Source of the DNA: an uncultured Candidatus Peribacteria bacterium
Lineage (GTDB): Bacteria > Patescibacteriota > Gracilibacteria > Peribacterales > Peribacteraceae
Assembly: GCA_964434575.1 (NCBI GenBank)
Contig: CAYSWB010000007.1
Span: 4,702-68,701 of the forward strand
DNA: 64,000 nt
Direction: 5' to 3'
The position numbers and the translations under genes were made by a program. Below the pieces are notes generated by a model. That model did not search any database and was not told where the DNA came from. It saw only the letters and a list, made by a program, of their open reading frames with translations. Below are positions 1-9,257 of this stretch, one piece after another (positions within the stretch are counted from its first letter, which is position 1; the number at the start of each line of letters is the position of its first letter).

Positions 1-326
1 TGGCCGCCCTGTACCTGGCCACCGGCCAGGACGCGGCGCACGTGGTGGAGGGATCGCTGTCCGACACGACCGTGAAGAAAACGACGGGCGGCCTGATGAT
101 CCGCGTGCGGATGCCGGCCGTGCTCGTGGGCGTGCGCGGCGGCGGCACCACGCTCCCCGCCCAACAGACCTGCCTCAAGCTGCTCACGCTGCCGGACACG
201 GGCCTGAGCACCAAGCGCCAGCTGGCCGAGAGCATCGCGGCCGGCGTGCTGGCCGGGGAGACATCGCTGCTGGCGGCCCAGGCCGGACATGCACTTGCGA
301 AAGCGCATAAGACGTTGGGGCGCTGA
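1..326 (+). CDS. HMG-CoA reductase, C-terminal fragment (gene begins upstream of the window)
   Basis: The reading frame is open to the window edge. Translation AALYLATGQDAAHVVEGS...GVRGGGTTLPAQQTCL...AAGVLAGETSLLAAQAGHALAKAH resembles the conserved C-terminal catalytic region of class I HMGR. Confidence 0.8.
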   Translation, partial: AALYLATGQDAAHVVEGSLSDTTVKKTTGGLMIRVRMPAVLVGVRGGGTTLPAQQTCLKLLTLPDTGLSTKRQLAESIAAGVLAGETSLLAAQAGHALAKAHKTLGR

Positions 327-350
327 GGCGCGGCATGCCATACTGCGCGC

Positions 351-605
351 GTGAAGATGACGATTCCCCATCGTGTTTGGAGCACCCTCGCCGCGGTGGC
401 CCTGGCGTACCTGCTGGGCATGGCGATGACATTGCTCGCGTACGCGGGCCCGGATGAGTTTCCGCTCTCCGGATCGCAGTACTTGGACATGCCGTTCTAC
501 CTGGCCGCGGAGTATCCGCTGTGGGCGGCGGGCATCCTGGCGCTGTGCGTCGTGCTCGTGAACGTGTGCTGGACGGTGGCATTGCGCCGTTCACGCCTGA
601 AGTGA
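351..605 (+). CDS. small hypothetical membrane protein (about 82-84 aa)
   Basis: ORF with a GTG start at 351 or ATG at 357. It has two hydrophobic helices (AAVALAYLLGMAMTLLAY and LWAAGILALCVVLVNVCW). CATACT at 339-344 lies 6 nt upstream of the GTG. Confidence 0.45.
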   Translation: MKMTIPHRVWSTLAAVALAYLLGMAMTLLAYAGPDEFPLSGSQYLDMPFYLAAEYPLWAAGILALCVVLVNVCWTVALRRSRLK

Positions 606-661
606 AAATACCCTCCCGGGGACTGACGAGACGGCCGTTTTCTGCTATCGTGCGGACTCCC

Positions 662-1687
662 ATGAAAACCGCCATTCACGCGTTCGGCCGTTATGTGCCC
701 CGCAACCGCATCAAGTCGTCGGTGATCGCGGCGCACTGGAAGCGCGGCACCGAACAGGCCGACGGGCTGGGCATCATCGAGAAAGCCGTCGCCGCCCGCG
801 ACGAGGACGCCTTCACGCTCGGCTGGGAAGCCGCGCGCCAGGCGCTGGAAACCGGTGGCATCGACCCCAAGGACATCGGCGCGATTTTCGTCGGTTCCGA
901 GAGCCACCCGTACGCGGTGAAACCGACCAGCGCCATGCTGGTGAGCGCCCTGAAATTAAACCCCATGTGCCACTGCGCCGACCTGGAGTTCGCCTGCAAG
1001 GCCGGCACCGCCGCCATTCAGATCGTCAGCGCCATGGCCGCGTCCAAACAGATTCAGTACGGCCTGGCCATCGGCGCCGACACCGCCCAGTCCAAGCCCG
1101 GCGACGCGCTGGAGTATTCGGCCGCAGCCGGGGCAGCCGCGTTCGTGGTCGGTCCGTCGACCCCCAAGAACCCCGGCATCTGCGCCATCGACGCCACACT
1201 CTCGTACACCAGCGACACGCCGGACTTCTGGCGCAACGCGGAGGAAAAGTATCCCTCGCACGCGGGCCGCTTCACCGGCGAGCCGGCGTACTTCCACCAC
1301 GTGCAGACAGCCGCCAAAGCCATGATGGAAAAGGTGAACATGAAGCCGGAAGAATTCGACCACGTCGTGCTGCACATGCCCAACGCCAAGTTCCCAGCCC
1401 AGGCCGCCAAGAAGCTGGGCTTCACCGATCAACAGATGAAAGCCGGCTTCGTGGTGCCGCACATCGGCAACACGTACAGCGCCTGCTCGCCGCTCGGATT
1501 GGCCGAGGTGCTGCAGGTCGCCAAGAAGGGCGAGAGCATCCTGCTGGTCTCCTACGGTTCGGGCGCCGGCAGCGACGCGTTCGTGCTGACCATGCTCAAA
1601 GACGGCAAGGCATTACCCGCGGCGCCGAGCCGCGAGATCACCCACCTGGAGTACGGCGAGTACCTACAGCTCGTGAAGGCGGTATAG
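662..1687 (+). CDS. hydroxymethylglutaryl-CoA synthase, archaeal-type (341 aa)
   Basis: The internal ATG at 662 (MKTAIHAFGRYVP) gives a thiolase-fold condensing enzyme (EDAFTLGWEAA, CKAGTAA active-site Cys context, HMPNAKF, GNTYSAC). It sits with thiolase and DUF35, as in the archaeal HMGCS/thiolase/DUF35 trio. Confidence 0.8.
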   Translation: MKTAIHAFGRYVPRNRIKSSVIAAHWKRGTEQADGLGIIEKAVAARDEDAFTLGWEAARQALETGGIDPKDIGAIFVGSESHPYAVKPTSAMLVSALKLNPMCHCADLEFACKAGTAAIQIVSAMAASKQIQYGLAIGADTAQSKPGDALEYSAAAGAAAFVVGPSTPKNPGICAIDATLSYTSDTPDFWRNAEEKYPSHAGRFTGEPAYFHHVQTAAKAMMEKVNMKPEEFDHVVLHMPNAKFPAQAAKKLGFTDQQMKAGFVVPHIGNTYSACSPLGLAEVLQVAKKGESILLVSYGSGAGSDAFVLTMLKDGKALPAAPSREITHLEYGEYLQLVKAV

Positions 1688-1722
1688 AGCCCGACCGTAC
1701 CCCGTGCACCAGAGACAAGAAT

Positions 1723-1751
1723 TTGACAAAACAAAAAAAGATTGCAATAAA
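1723..1751 (+). promoter_or_regulatory. sigma70-like promoter directly abutting the 1757 start (leaderless type)
   Basis: TTGACA (1723-1728), 17-nt spacer, AATAAA (1746-1751), then 5 nt to the ATG at 1757. It lies in an AT-rich stretch inside GC-rich DNA, and there is no SD. Confidence 0.45.
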
Positions 1752-1756
1752 GAGTC

Positions 1757-2746
1757 ATGCGAAATACACCTGACACTTTCTCGGCGGTCCCGACGGCGGC
1801 CACACCGGCAAGAATGGGTGGCGTCTTCACCCGCCGTGCCGCCATCCAAGCGGGGCTGGCCGGATTGCTGTCCCTCTCCGTCTCCGGCGACACGAAGGTG
1901 GAGCGCAGGGAGGCTCTGACTCCGCGCAAGGTCTTGGACGCACTCATGAATCAGGGTATCGCGGGAGCACGCACAGTCGTCGCACCCGTGGTTCCGGAGG
2001 AGTACGACCACGTGTTCCTGCACATTCCGCAGCGCCACCAGGTCATGTTGATGGACGGCATGGCGCAGCGCGCCGTCCGCGCTTCGCAAGCCGATATCGA
2101 AACCATGTTGCTGGACTTGCAGCGTCGCTTCGGTCTCCGCGACGTCTATCCGGAAAACATGGTTCCGAAGAACCTGCGCGACAGCGAGTTATTCGCGCAC
2201 CGCGATGATCCCGAAAAAGAATTCATGGACGCCATCGCTCTCCAGAAGTCCTTACTGGACGATGCACGCAAGCGGAACGAGCCGGAAGAGCACACGCGGG
2301 TGCTGGAGCAGATGACGCAACGGAACTTGGCCGAGTTCGAACGTGAATTGGCGCTGGTCCGCCGTTTGGGCAAAGACGGCTACAACCGGATGAGATTCGA
2401 GAAGCTCCAGCGCAACGACGCGGAATTCGACGCGCCGCTCAGGCTGGAATTAGCCGGCCGCATCCGGCGGCGGATGTGCGGCAGCGACGAGGCGCTGACG
2501 CGCGCGGGGCAGATGCGCGACAAGCACGGATTACGCCATCCCGCGATCACGGACGACCGCGAGGACGATGCCATCCGCATCGTGCTCGGCCAGGCCACCG
2601 ACCCGTTGCTCGTGGTGCCATACGGCTCCGCACATGATTTTACGAACAACATCCAAGTGCATAACGCCGCCCAGCCGCATCGCAAACTGGCCCTGGTGGT
2701 TGCGGAACCGGAGTCGCATCAGCGCATTCCTCTTCGCATGGGGTAA
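1757..2746 (+). CDS. hypothetical protein with a twin-arginine-like N-terminal motif (329 aa)
   Basis: Third codon positions are predominantly G/C by eye in this frame. The N-terminus FTRRAAIQAGLAGLLSLSVSG resembles a Tat signal. I recognise no family for the remainder. Confidence 0.6.
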   Translation: MRNTPDTFSAVPTAATPARMGGVFTRRAAIQAGLAGLLSLSVSGDTKVERREALTPRKVLDALMNQGIAGARTVVAPVVPEEYDHVFLHIPQRHQVMLMDGMAQRAVRASQADIETMLLDLQRRFGLRDVYPENMVPKNLRDSELFAHRDDPEKEFMDAIALQKSLLDDARKRNEPEEHTRVLEQMTQRNLAEFERELALVRRLGKDGYNRMRFEKLQRNDAEFDAPLRLELAGRIRRRMCGSDEALTRAGQMRDKHGLRHPAITDDREDDAIRIVLGQATDPLLVVPYGSAHDFTNNIQVHNAAQPHRKLALVVAEPESHQRIPLRMG

Positions 2747-2781
2747 GAATCTGCGCATGGACAGAACGCCAGGAGTATTGC

Positions 2782-3957
2782 GTGAACTATCCCATACGTT
2801 ATAAAATCCCCCAGTTCATGCGAGAAACCATTTACGTCCTCGGTGGAGGCCAAACGCGCTTCGGCGAGCTGTGGGAGAAATCCCTCCAGCAACTGATCGA
2901 AGAAGCGGTCTACAACGCGCTCGAAAGCAGCGGCGTGATGACCACCGACATCGACTATGTCGTGATCGGCAACATGGTCAGCGGCGAGACCGCCGCCCAG
3001 GCGCATTTGGGAACCTTCGCCTCCAGCCTGCTCCCGCACCGTCCGCCCGCCCTGCGCGTGGAGGCCGCGTGCGCATCCGGCGGCTTGGCCGTGCACACCG
3101 CATGCGCCCTGCTGGAATCCGGCCGCGCACAGACCATCCTGGTGGTCGGAGCCGAGAAGCTCACCGACGTCTCCGGCGACCTGGTCACCCGCGCGCTGAT
3201 GCACGCCGCCGACAGCGAGAAGGACACGCCCGCCGGACTCACGTTCCCGGGCATCTTCGCGCTCACGGCCCAGGCCTACATGCACGAGCACGGCCTGAAG
3301 CGCGACCAGCTGAGTCTGGTGTCCGCTTCCACCCACCGTGCCGCGACACTGAACCCCTACGCGCAGTTCCGCCGCGAGATCCCGGCCGCAAGCATCTCCA
3401 AGAGCCCGCTCGTCGCCGATCCTCTGCGTCTGCTGGACTGCTCGCCCATCAGCGACGGCGCCGCCGCGATGGTGCTTTCCACCAAAAAGACGGGCTCCGT
3501 GCGTATCGCCGCGTCGCAATTGGGCAGCGATTTCCTCAGCCTGGCCGACCGCGAGAGCATCACGTCGTTCCAAAGCACGAAGAAGGCCTTCGCAGCCGCC
3601 ATGAAAGAAGCCGACTGGACCAAGAAAGACATCGACGTGATGGAATGCCACGACTGCTTCTCGATCGCGACCATCATCCACCTGGAAGACATGGGCTTCG
3701 CCCGCACCGGCGAGGGCATCAAGTTGTTTGAGCAGGGCGACACCGGAGCCGACGGCGCGCTGCCCATCAATTGTTCCGGAGGTCTGAAGGCGTGCGGCCA
3801 CCCCATCGGCGCCACCGGCGTGAAACAAGTGCTCGATATCTACAAGCAGCTCTCCGGCACCGCGCCCAACCAGGTCGCCAAAGCCAAGCGCGGCCTCGCC
3901 CACAACTTGGGCGGCGTCGGCGCCACCTGCACCCTGCACCTTCTCGAAGCCGCGTAA
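2782..3957 (+). CDS. acetyl-CoA acetyltransferase (thiolase), archaeal-type (391 aa)
   Basis: GTG start preceded by AGGAG. Thiolase motifs are present: VEAACASGGLAV (nucleophilic Cys), ECHDCFS, and NCSGGLKACGHPIGATG (C-terminal catalytic Cys/His region). Confidence 0.85.
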   Translation: MNYPIRYKIPQFMRETIYVLGGGQTRFGELWEKSLQQLIEEAVYNALESSGVMTTDIDYVVIGNMVSGETAAQAHLGTFASSLLPHRPPALRVEAACASGGLAVHTACALLESGRAQTILVVGAEKLTDVSGDLVTRALMHAADSEKDTPAGLTFPGIFALTAQAYMHEHGLKRDQLSLVSASTHRAATLNPYAQFRREIPAASISKSPLVADPLRLLDCSPISDGAAAMVLSTKKTGSVRIAASQLGSDFLSLADRESITSFQSTKKAFAAAMKEADWTKKDIDVMECHDCFSIATIIHLEDMGFARTGEGIKLFEQGDTGADGALPINCSGGLKACGHPIGATGVKQVLDIYKQLSGTAPNQVAKAKRGLAHNLGGVGATCTLHLLEAA

Positions 3958-3959
3958 CC

Positions 3960-4871
3960 ATGCCCAACCGCATCCCCGCCCTCCACCGCCGCACCAAGCA
4001 GCTCGCCAAAACCGAGCTGAAAGCCGGTACGATCGTGAGTTTCACGACCATCCAGCATCCGCCGGCGGGTTTCGGCTCCGAGCCGTACACCGTGGCGCTG
4101 GTGGAACTGGCCGACGGCAAGCGCGTCTGCGCCCAGCTGACCCGCGAGAGCGCGCCGGCCGTGATCGGCGCGCACGTTGTGCCCTGCTTGCGCCGCATCC
4201 GGACCATGGAGAACGGCCTGTTCGTGAACGACGTGAAGTACGAAGTCGTGCAGGATGTCACGCTGCCCATCATCCAATTCAGCAAGTACGTTCTGGCTCT
4301 CACCGGGCCGTCCGGCGTGGGCAAGACCACCATCACGCGTTCGCTGATGGGAGTCATGCGCAGCTACTGCGAGCAGGTGCCGGTGGTAACCACCCGCGCC
4401 AAGAAGAAGGGCGACGTGGAGCCGTACGTGCACGTGGACGAAAAGACCTTCGACGTCATGGTAAAGAGCGGCGAGATCATCGCCCACACCCAGATGGAGT
4501 CCAAGACCGAGTTGAGGAGGTACGGCTACCGCAAGAAGGACATCGAAGCCATCTGGGCCAAGATGAAGCTGCCGGTGGTGGTGACCGACATCCACCTGCT
4601 GCAGGGACTTTCCCATAGCCTCGGCCGCCGCGCCGTGCTCAGCTGCGGCCTGCTGCCTCCGGGCAATAGCCACCGCCGCATGCTTAGTTCGCTGCTGCAC
4701 CGCCTGCGCATCCGCGGCCGCGAGACCGCTTCGCAGATCAAAGAGCGCCTGAAAACCGCCAAGTCCGACCTGCTGGCCTTCGATACCTACGCCCACCTGT
4801 TCGACCACATGGTGGTGAACGACAAGCTGGACGTGGTGCTGGAGCGCATCACGAAAATCGTCAGGCCGTAG
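3960..4871 (+). CDS. DUF35 OB-fold protein fused to a guanylate-kinase-like P-loop domain (303 aa)
   Basis: The ATG at 3960 lies 2 nt after the thiolase stop. The N-terminal part (GTIVSFTTIQHPPAGFGSEPYTVALVELADGKRVCAQL) looks like the DUF35 OB fold. The C-terminal part has LTGPSGVGKTT (P-loop), TTRAKKKGD, and RLRIRGRETASQIKERLKTAKSDL...VVND, as in Gmk. Confidence 0.7.
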   Translation: MPNRIPALHRRTKQLAKTELKAGTIVSFTTIQHPPAGFGSEPYTVALVELADGKRVCAQLTRESAPAVIGAHVVPCLRRIRTMENGLFVNDVKYEVVQDVTLPIIQFSKYVLALTGPSGVGKTTITRSLMGVMRSYCEQVPVVTTRAKKKGDVEPYVHVDEKTFDVMVKSGEIIAHTQMESKTELRRYGYRKKDIEAIWAKMKLPVVVTDIHLLQGLSHSLGRRAVLSCGLLPPGNSHRRMLSSLLHRLRIRGRETASQIKERLKTAKSDLLAFDTYAHLFDHMVVNDKLDVVLERITKIVRP

Positions 4872-5457
4872 CCTCGCCTTCGGGCAAGTCGCGCTTTCCG
4901 CGCGGCTTGGCCACGAAGACCTTCACGTCATTCACGGTGCCGGTGCGGACAGCGCTGTCGACTTTGTCGAGGAAGTGCTTGATGTCGGTCGCGTACTTCA
5001 ATCCCGGGAACGAAGCGCTGCGCTGCGCGTCGGCGGTGCCGTACCGCACGATGATGTGCTTCACGCCGAACGCCATTTCCAGCAGCCCGCCCTTCTTCGT
5101 GGCGCTTTCCTGATACTGACTCCACTTCACGGTCTTCATGGATTTGAGCGAAAACGGACCCGGCTCCTGGAGCAGGATGCGGTCGTTGGTCACGCGCAGC
5201 GCGGCCTTCTTCCACAACGCGACGCGGTACCAAACCAACGCGCCGAACACGATGACGGCAAGTCCGATGCCGATCTGCCAGGGCAACACCGTGTCGAATA
5301 CCAGCCAGAATCCGCCGAGCAGAACGATGGTCAGGAACAAGCCGGCGACGACGGATTCCACGACCGCGCGGCCTATGCCGCGGATGAGCACCGGCAAACC
5401 GGGACCCATTTTCAGGAGCAAGCGCTCGCCGTCGTGCAGGTAACTGCGGTCGTCCAT
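4861..5457 (-). CDS. membrane protein with bacterial PH (bPH_2/YdbT-like) domain (198 aa)
   Basis: Two TM helices are followed by LRVTNDRILLQEPGPFSLKSMKTVKWSQ..., which resembles the bPH_2 topology. Confidence 0.55.
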   Translation of the reverse strand: MDDRSYLHDGERLLLKMGPGLPVLIRGIGRAVVESVVAGLFLTIVLLGGFWLVFDTVLPWQIGIGLAVIVFGALVWYRVALWKKAALRVTNDRILLQEPGPFSLKSMKTVKWSQYQESATKKGGLLEMAFGVKHIIVRYGTADAQRSASFPGLKYATDIKHFLDKVDSAVRTGTVNDVKVFVAKPRGKRDLPEGEATA

Positions 5458-5469
5458 GGGGAAATGATA

Positions 5470-6546
5470 CTACAGAGCCTCGTACACGGCCGCGTACTTC
5501 CCGGCGATCACGTTCCAGTCGTAGCGCTCCTTATCCTGCAGTGCGGAGGCCGCCAGGCGCTCGCGGAGCTCGCGGTCGCCAAGCAGTTTCTTCAGCGCGG
5601 TGGCCGCGGCGGGAATGTCGTCGGCGGGAACGAGGAGTCCGTTCACCTGGTCCGTGATGATGTCCGGGATGCCGCCTGCATCCGATGCCAGCACCGCGCA
5701 TCCGGCAGCCTGCGCCTCCACGAACACGTTGCCGAACGCCTCGCTGCGGGAAAGTCCGCAGAAAATCTCGGCCTGGGCGAATTCGTCGTACGCGGCCTTG
5801 GGCGGAACAGGGCCGGTGAAGTGCACGCGCTCGCCGATGCCGAGCCTTCCCACCTGCGCTTCCAGCGCCGCGCGCAGCGACCCGTCGCCGACGATCCGCA
5901 AATGCGTCGCGGCCGGCGCCTCCGGCAATGCGGCCGCAAACGCGTCCAGCAACGTGTCGATGCCCTTCATGGGCTCCAGGCGGCACAACGACAACACGCG
6001 GCCCGGAACCTTCGGGTGGAACGTACGGGCTTCGGCCAGAAGCCCAAGCGGAATGCCGTTCGGAATCAATTCCGCGTCGTGGCGCCCGAGCAATTCCGCG
6101 CGGCGAACCAGCGCCGAGCTGATGGCCGTCACGCGGTGCGCCGCGTCATGCATGGGACCCAAAAGCATGCTCGTGTTGGTGCTCTGCAGCGTCAGCATGC
6201 GCTTGGCACCCGGTGCCAGAAACCGGCAGAGTACCAGCGCCAAACCGGCGTAGGACTCCAGCACGGCATGGATGATGTGCGGTTTTTGGGCGCGCGCGGC
6301 TAGCGGGCCGAGCACGGGAAACAGGTATTTATCGAAACCCAGGCCCCAGCCCACGCGCACGACGCGCACGCCGCCGACCATGTCGCGGCGCTTGAGCCCT
6401 TTCGGCAGCCGCGCGTCGGACAGACTGGTGACGATGGTCAGTTCATAGTCGTCTTTCAGCAGCGTCGAAACCTCTTCGACCATCGCCTCGGCACCGCTGC
6501 GGTGCGGAGTAAGGAACGCCGAAAGGATGACGATGCGTTTTTTCAT
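5470..6546 (-). CDS. glycosyltransferase family 4 (GT-B) (358 aa)
   Basis: MKKRIVILSAF start. The C-terminal Glycos_transf_1-like region is FCGLSRSEAFGNVFVEAQAAGCAVLASDAGGIPDII. Confidence 0.8.
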   Translation of the reverse strand: MKKRIVILSAFLTPHRSGAEAMVEEVSTLLKDDYELTIVTSLSDARLPKGLKRRDMVGGVRVVRVGWGLGFDKYLFPVLGPLAARAQKPHIIHAVLESYAGLALVLCRFLAPGAKRMLTLQSTNTSMLLGPMHDAAHRVTAISSALVRRAELLGRHDAELIPNGIPLGLLAEARTFHPKVPGRVLSLCRLEPMKGIDTLLDAFAAALPEAPAATHLRIVGDGSLRAALEAQVGRLGIGERVHFTGPVPPKAAYDEFAQAEIFCGLSRSEAFGNVFVEAQAAGCAVLASDAGGIPDIITDQVNGLLVPADDIPAAATALKKLLGDRELRERLAASALQDKERYDWNVIAGKYAAVYEAL

Positions 6547-7676
6547 GCGGAAGGACCGCCGACCCAGGCGTCGAAGAGCTTGCCGTACTGCGCACCCACC
6601 ACGTCCCAGCCGAACACCTGCTCGATGCGCCCGCGGGCGGCGGCTCCGAGTGCTTTCATTTTATGGGGGTCGCCGAGCAGCCGGCGGATGTGCGCCTCCA
6701 GCGCGGCGCGGTCGCCGGGCGCGAACAAAAAGCCCGACACGCCGTTCTGGATGAGGTACGCGTTGCCGCCGACTTCGGACGCCACGCAGGCGCAACCGCT
6801 CGACATGGCTTCCATCAGGGCGTTGCTCAGGCCTTCGGAATAACTCGGCAACACGAAGATGTCCGTTTCGCCGAGCACCACGGGGATGTCTTTGCGCAGG
6901 CCGGTAAACGTAACGGTGTTGGCGTATTTCATGACGAGTTCATGGCCCGGCTTGTACCAGCCCACCACGCGGAACTCCACGTTCGGGAAATCCTTCTTCA
7001 GTTTGTCGGCGACGGCGACGTAGTCGTCCACGCCCTTCACCGACTCCAGGCGGCCGACGTAGGTGACGGTGATGCCCCTCTTGCCGCGATCGGCCGACGG
7101 ACCGTGCGGCTTGGGGTCGATGCCGGTAGGAATCACCTGCGACTTGTTCTTGATGAGCAGCCGCTTGAGCACGGCCTCCGGCTGCGGATGGAAAAACACC
7201 ACGCGGTTGGCGGCCAGCAAAATCAGCCAGCCCAGCGTCCACGCGTAGATGGCGCTGCAGATCTGGAACAACTTGCCGCGGCCCCACCACGTGATGCCGA
7301 CCAAGGCGTCGGTGATGAGCAGAACGCGTCGTCCGGTCAGCCGCAGCGGCAACAACGCGATGGAGCTCCAGAACAACACCTTATTCACCACGATGACGTC
7401 GGGCTTCAACTCGCTGGCAAGCTTCACGGCCCTACGTCCGAAACCGAGCGCGATGCCGTAATTCCACGGGTCGGGCAAAAAGACGTCCTGCACGCGGTGG
7501 ATGACGAGTGTTTCCGAGACGTTCTCGGTCTCCCGCTTGCCGCCGTCGGTCGGCCCCATGCACAGCACGTGCACCCGGTAGCCGATCCGCTGCCACAACT
7601 CGGCCATGTTCACCGTGCTGACCATCCAGCGGTGGTCTTCCTTCCAGTACGGGCTGATGAGGAGGATTGTTCGCAT
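6543..7676 (-). CDS. glycosyltransferase family 4 (GT-B) (about 377 aa)
   Basis: ATG at 7676 (MRTILLISPYW); an alternative upstream start lies at 7706. It contains LPSYSEGLSNALMEAMSSGCACVASEVGGNAYLI. There is a 4-nt overlap with the downstream GT4. Confidence 0.8.
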   Translation of the reverse strand: MRTILLISPYWKEDHRWMVSTVNMAELWQRIGYRVHVLCMGPTDGGKRETENVSETLVIHRVQDVFLPDPWNYGIALGFGRRAVKLASELKPDVIVVNKVLFWSSIALLPLRLTGRRVLLITDALVGITWWGRGKLFQICSAIYAWTLGWLILLAANRVVFFHPQPEAVLKRLLIKNKSQVIPTGIDPKPHGPSADRGKRGITVTYVGRLESVKGVDDYVAVADKLKKDFPNVEFRVVGWYKPGHELVMKYANTVTFTGLRKDIPVVLGETDIFVLPSYSEGLSNALMEAMSSGCACVASEVGGNAYLIQNGVSGFLFAPGDRAALEAHIRRLLGDPHKMKALGAAARGRIEQVFGWDVVGAQYGKLFDAWVGGPSA

Positions 7677-7728
7677 AAAGAAGCCAAGTGTAGCGTGACA
7701 CGCCACCCGGCCAAGTGCAAACGCCGCT

Positions 7729-8160
7729 CTAGAGCGAGTCCGCGATGGTCTGGAACACCGCCTTCAGGATCTTATCGATCAGCGACTTTTCTTCCTCGGG
7801 CTTCTCCTCGCCCTCGGCGGCGGCATGCAGCTCGCCGGACACGCCGGATTCGGCCACCTTTTTGGCTTCGTCCACGGCCGGCTTGAACTGCTCCTCCATC
7901 TGCTCCTTGGACGGCAGGGTGTTGTTGAATGTTTCGATGATCTCGCGGGCGACCTTACCCTCCTCTTCGGGCAACTGCGACACCACCTGCTCGTTGAAAA
8001 CGTAGTGTCTCAGGATCGGTGCGCCCACGTACCACGTGGCCATGCCGAACATGATCACGAACGCCACGTAGGCCACGTTCTTGGCGACCTGGAGGGCGTA
8101 TAGCCCGACCACGCCGAGGACGAGGAACAGCACGATGGGAAGAAGGGTGCCCAGGCTCAT
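7729..8160 (-). CDS. hypothetical membrane protein with acidic C-terminal tail (143 aa)
   Basis: Two N-terminal TM helices. It is preceded by an AT-rich promoter-like region with TATAAT and an AAGGAAGAG SD-like element (8161-8215). Confidence 0.55.
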   Translation of the reverse strand: MSLGTLLPIVLFLVLGVVGLYALQVAKNVAYVAFVIMFGMATWYVGAPILRHYVFNEQVVSQLPEEEGKVAREIIETFNNTLPSKEQMEEQFKPAVDEAKKVAESGVSGELHAAAEGEEKPEEEKSLIDKILKAVFQTIADSL

Positions 8161-8232
8161 ATTGAGTGTTTCTCTTCCTTATTATTATACAATAAAATTG
8201 CATATTTAACAACATGCCTGGAACGCGCTTCC

Positions 8233-8580
8233 CTACTTGCCGGAACGCTTCATGGCCTCGTCCAGCGCGTCGTCGCGCACCACCTTCACGATGCGCTGTT
8301 CCAGCTCTTCGATGCGGATGACCATGTAGAAGACGATGAAGAACAAGATGCCCAGCGCGCTGATGACGGCGGCGTTCTCGTTCTTCTTGATGCCGGTGAC
8401 GGCACTTAAGTACTGCAAGTTGCCCGGGAACAGCGCGATGTACGCCAGAACTCCCCAGAAGACGGTCCACAGCATGCCTTCCCACACCGACTTGCGTTGG
8501 CGCATGACCAGGCTCCACGCGTACACGAGCATGAGGAGCGAGAACAGCGGGACGACGATTTGGTACGGAGTGATTTCCAT
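8233..8580 (-). CDS. DUF2304-like small membrane protein (115 aa)
   Basis: A protein with 3-4 TM helices and a C-terminal amphipathic helix, immediately downstream of a GT2. This sequence style and context is typical of DUF2304. Confidence 0.55.
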   Translation of the reverse strand: MEITPYQIVVPLFSLLMLVYAWSLVMRQRKSVWEGMLWTVFWGVLAYIALFPGNLQYLSAVTGIKKNENAAVISALGILFFIVFYMVIRIEELEQRIVKVVRDDALDEAMKRSGK

Positions 8581-8585
8581 GGGAA

Positions 8586-9257
8586 TCAGCGCAGGAAGGA
8601 GCGTAGCAGAATCTTACCGGCCGTGCGTATGCCGTTGGCGAACGACTGACCCTTGGCCAGCGTGTACTCGGAATACATGACTTTGGACGGCACGGACACC
8701 ACGACCCAGCGGTACTGGGCGGCCTCGCGGATGATTTCGGTGCAGAACTCAAAGCCGCGCATTTTCAGATCCACCTGCTTCAGCGCGCGGGGCCCGAACA
8801 CCTTGAAGCCGCACTGCGTGTCCGGAAGCATCATGCCGGTGACCATGAATGTGAGCAGGTTGCCCAGCGCGTTGAACAGCCGGCGAATGGCCGGGATGGA
8901 ATTCTTGGTGCCGCCGAAACGGTTGGCGATGACCAGGTCCGCGTTGCGCTCGCGCTGCACGTCCAGCAATTGCTTGATGTCGCGCGCGTCGTGCTGGCCG
9001 TCGGCGTCGATGGTGATGGCGATGTCGAAGCCCAGCCTGCGTGCGGCCTCGATGCCTGTCATGGTGGCGGCGCCCGCGCCGCAGTTCTCACCGTGGCGGA
9101 TGACGAACGCGCCGGCTTTCTCCGCGGCTTCGTGCGTGCCGTCCGTGGACCCATCGTCCACGACGATGCACTGCTCCACGAACTGCAGGCAGCCGCGCAC
9201 GACCGCATCCACGCGCGTGGCTTCGTTATACGCCGGGATCACCGCACAAACTCGCAT
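8586..9257 (-). CDS. glycosyltransferase family 2, polyprenol-phosphate glycosyltransferase-like (223 aa)
   Basis: VIPAYNEATRV...VVDDGSTDGT...TIDADGQHD motifs. Its start codon directly abuts the stop of the upstream gene (TAAATG). Confidence 0.8.
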   Translation of the reverse strand: MRVCAVIPAYNEATRVDAVVRGCLQFVEQCIVVDDGSTDGTHEAAEKAGAFVIRHGENCGAGAATMTGIEAARRLGFDIAITIDADGQHDARDIKQLLDVQRERNADLVIANRFGGTKNSIPAIRRLFNALGNLLTFMVTGMMLPDTQCGFKVFGPRALKQVDLKMRGFEFCTEIIREAAQYRWVVVSVPSKVMYSEYTLAKGQSFANGIRTAGKILLRSFLR

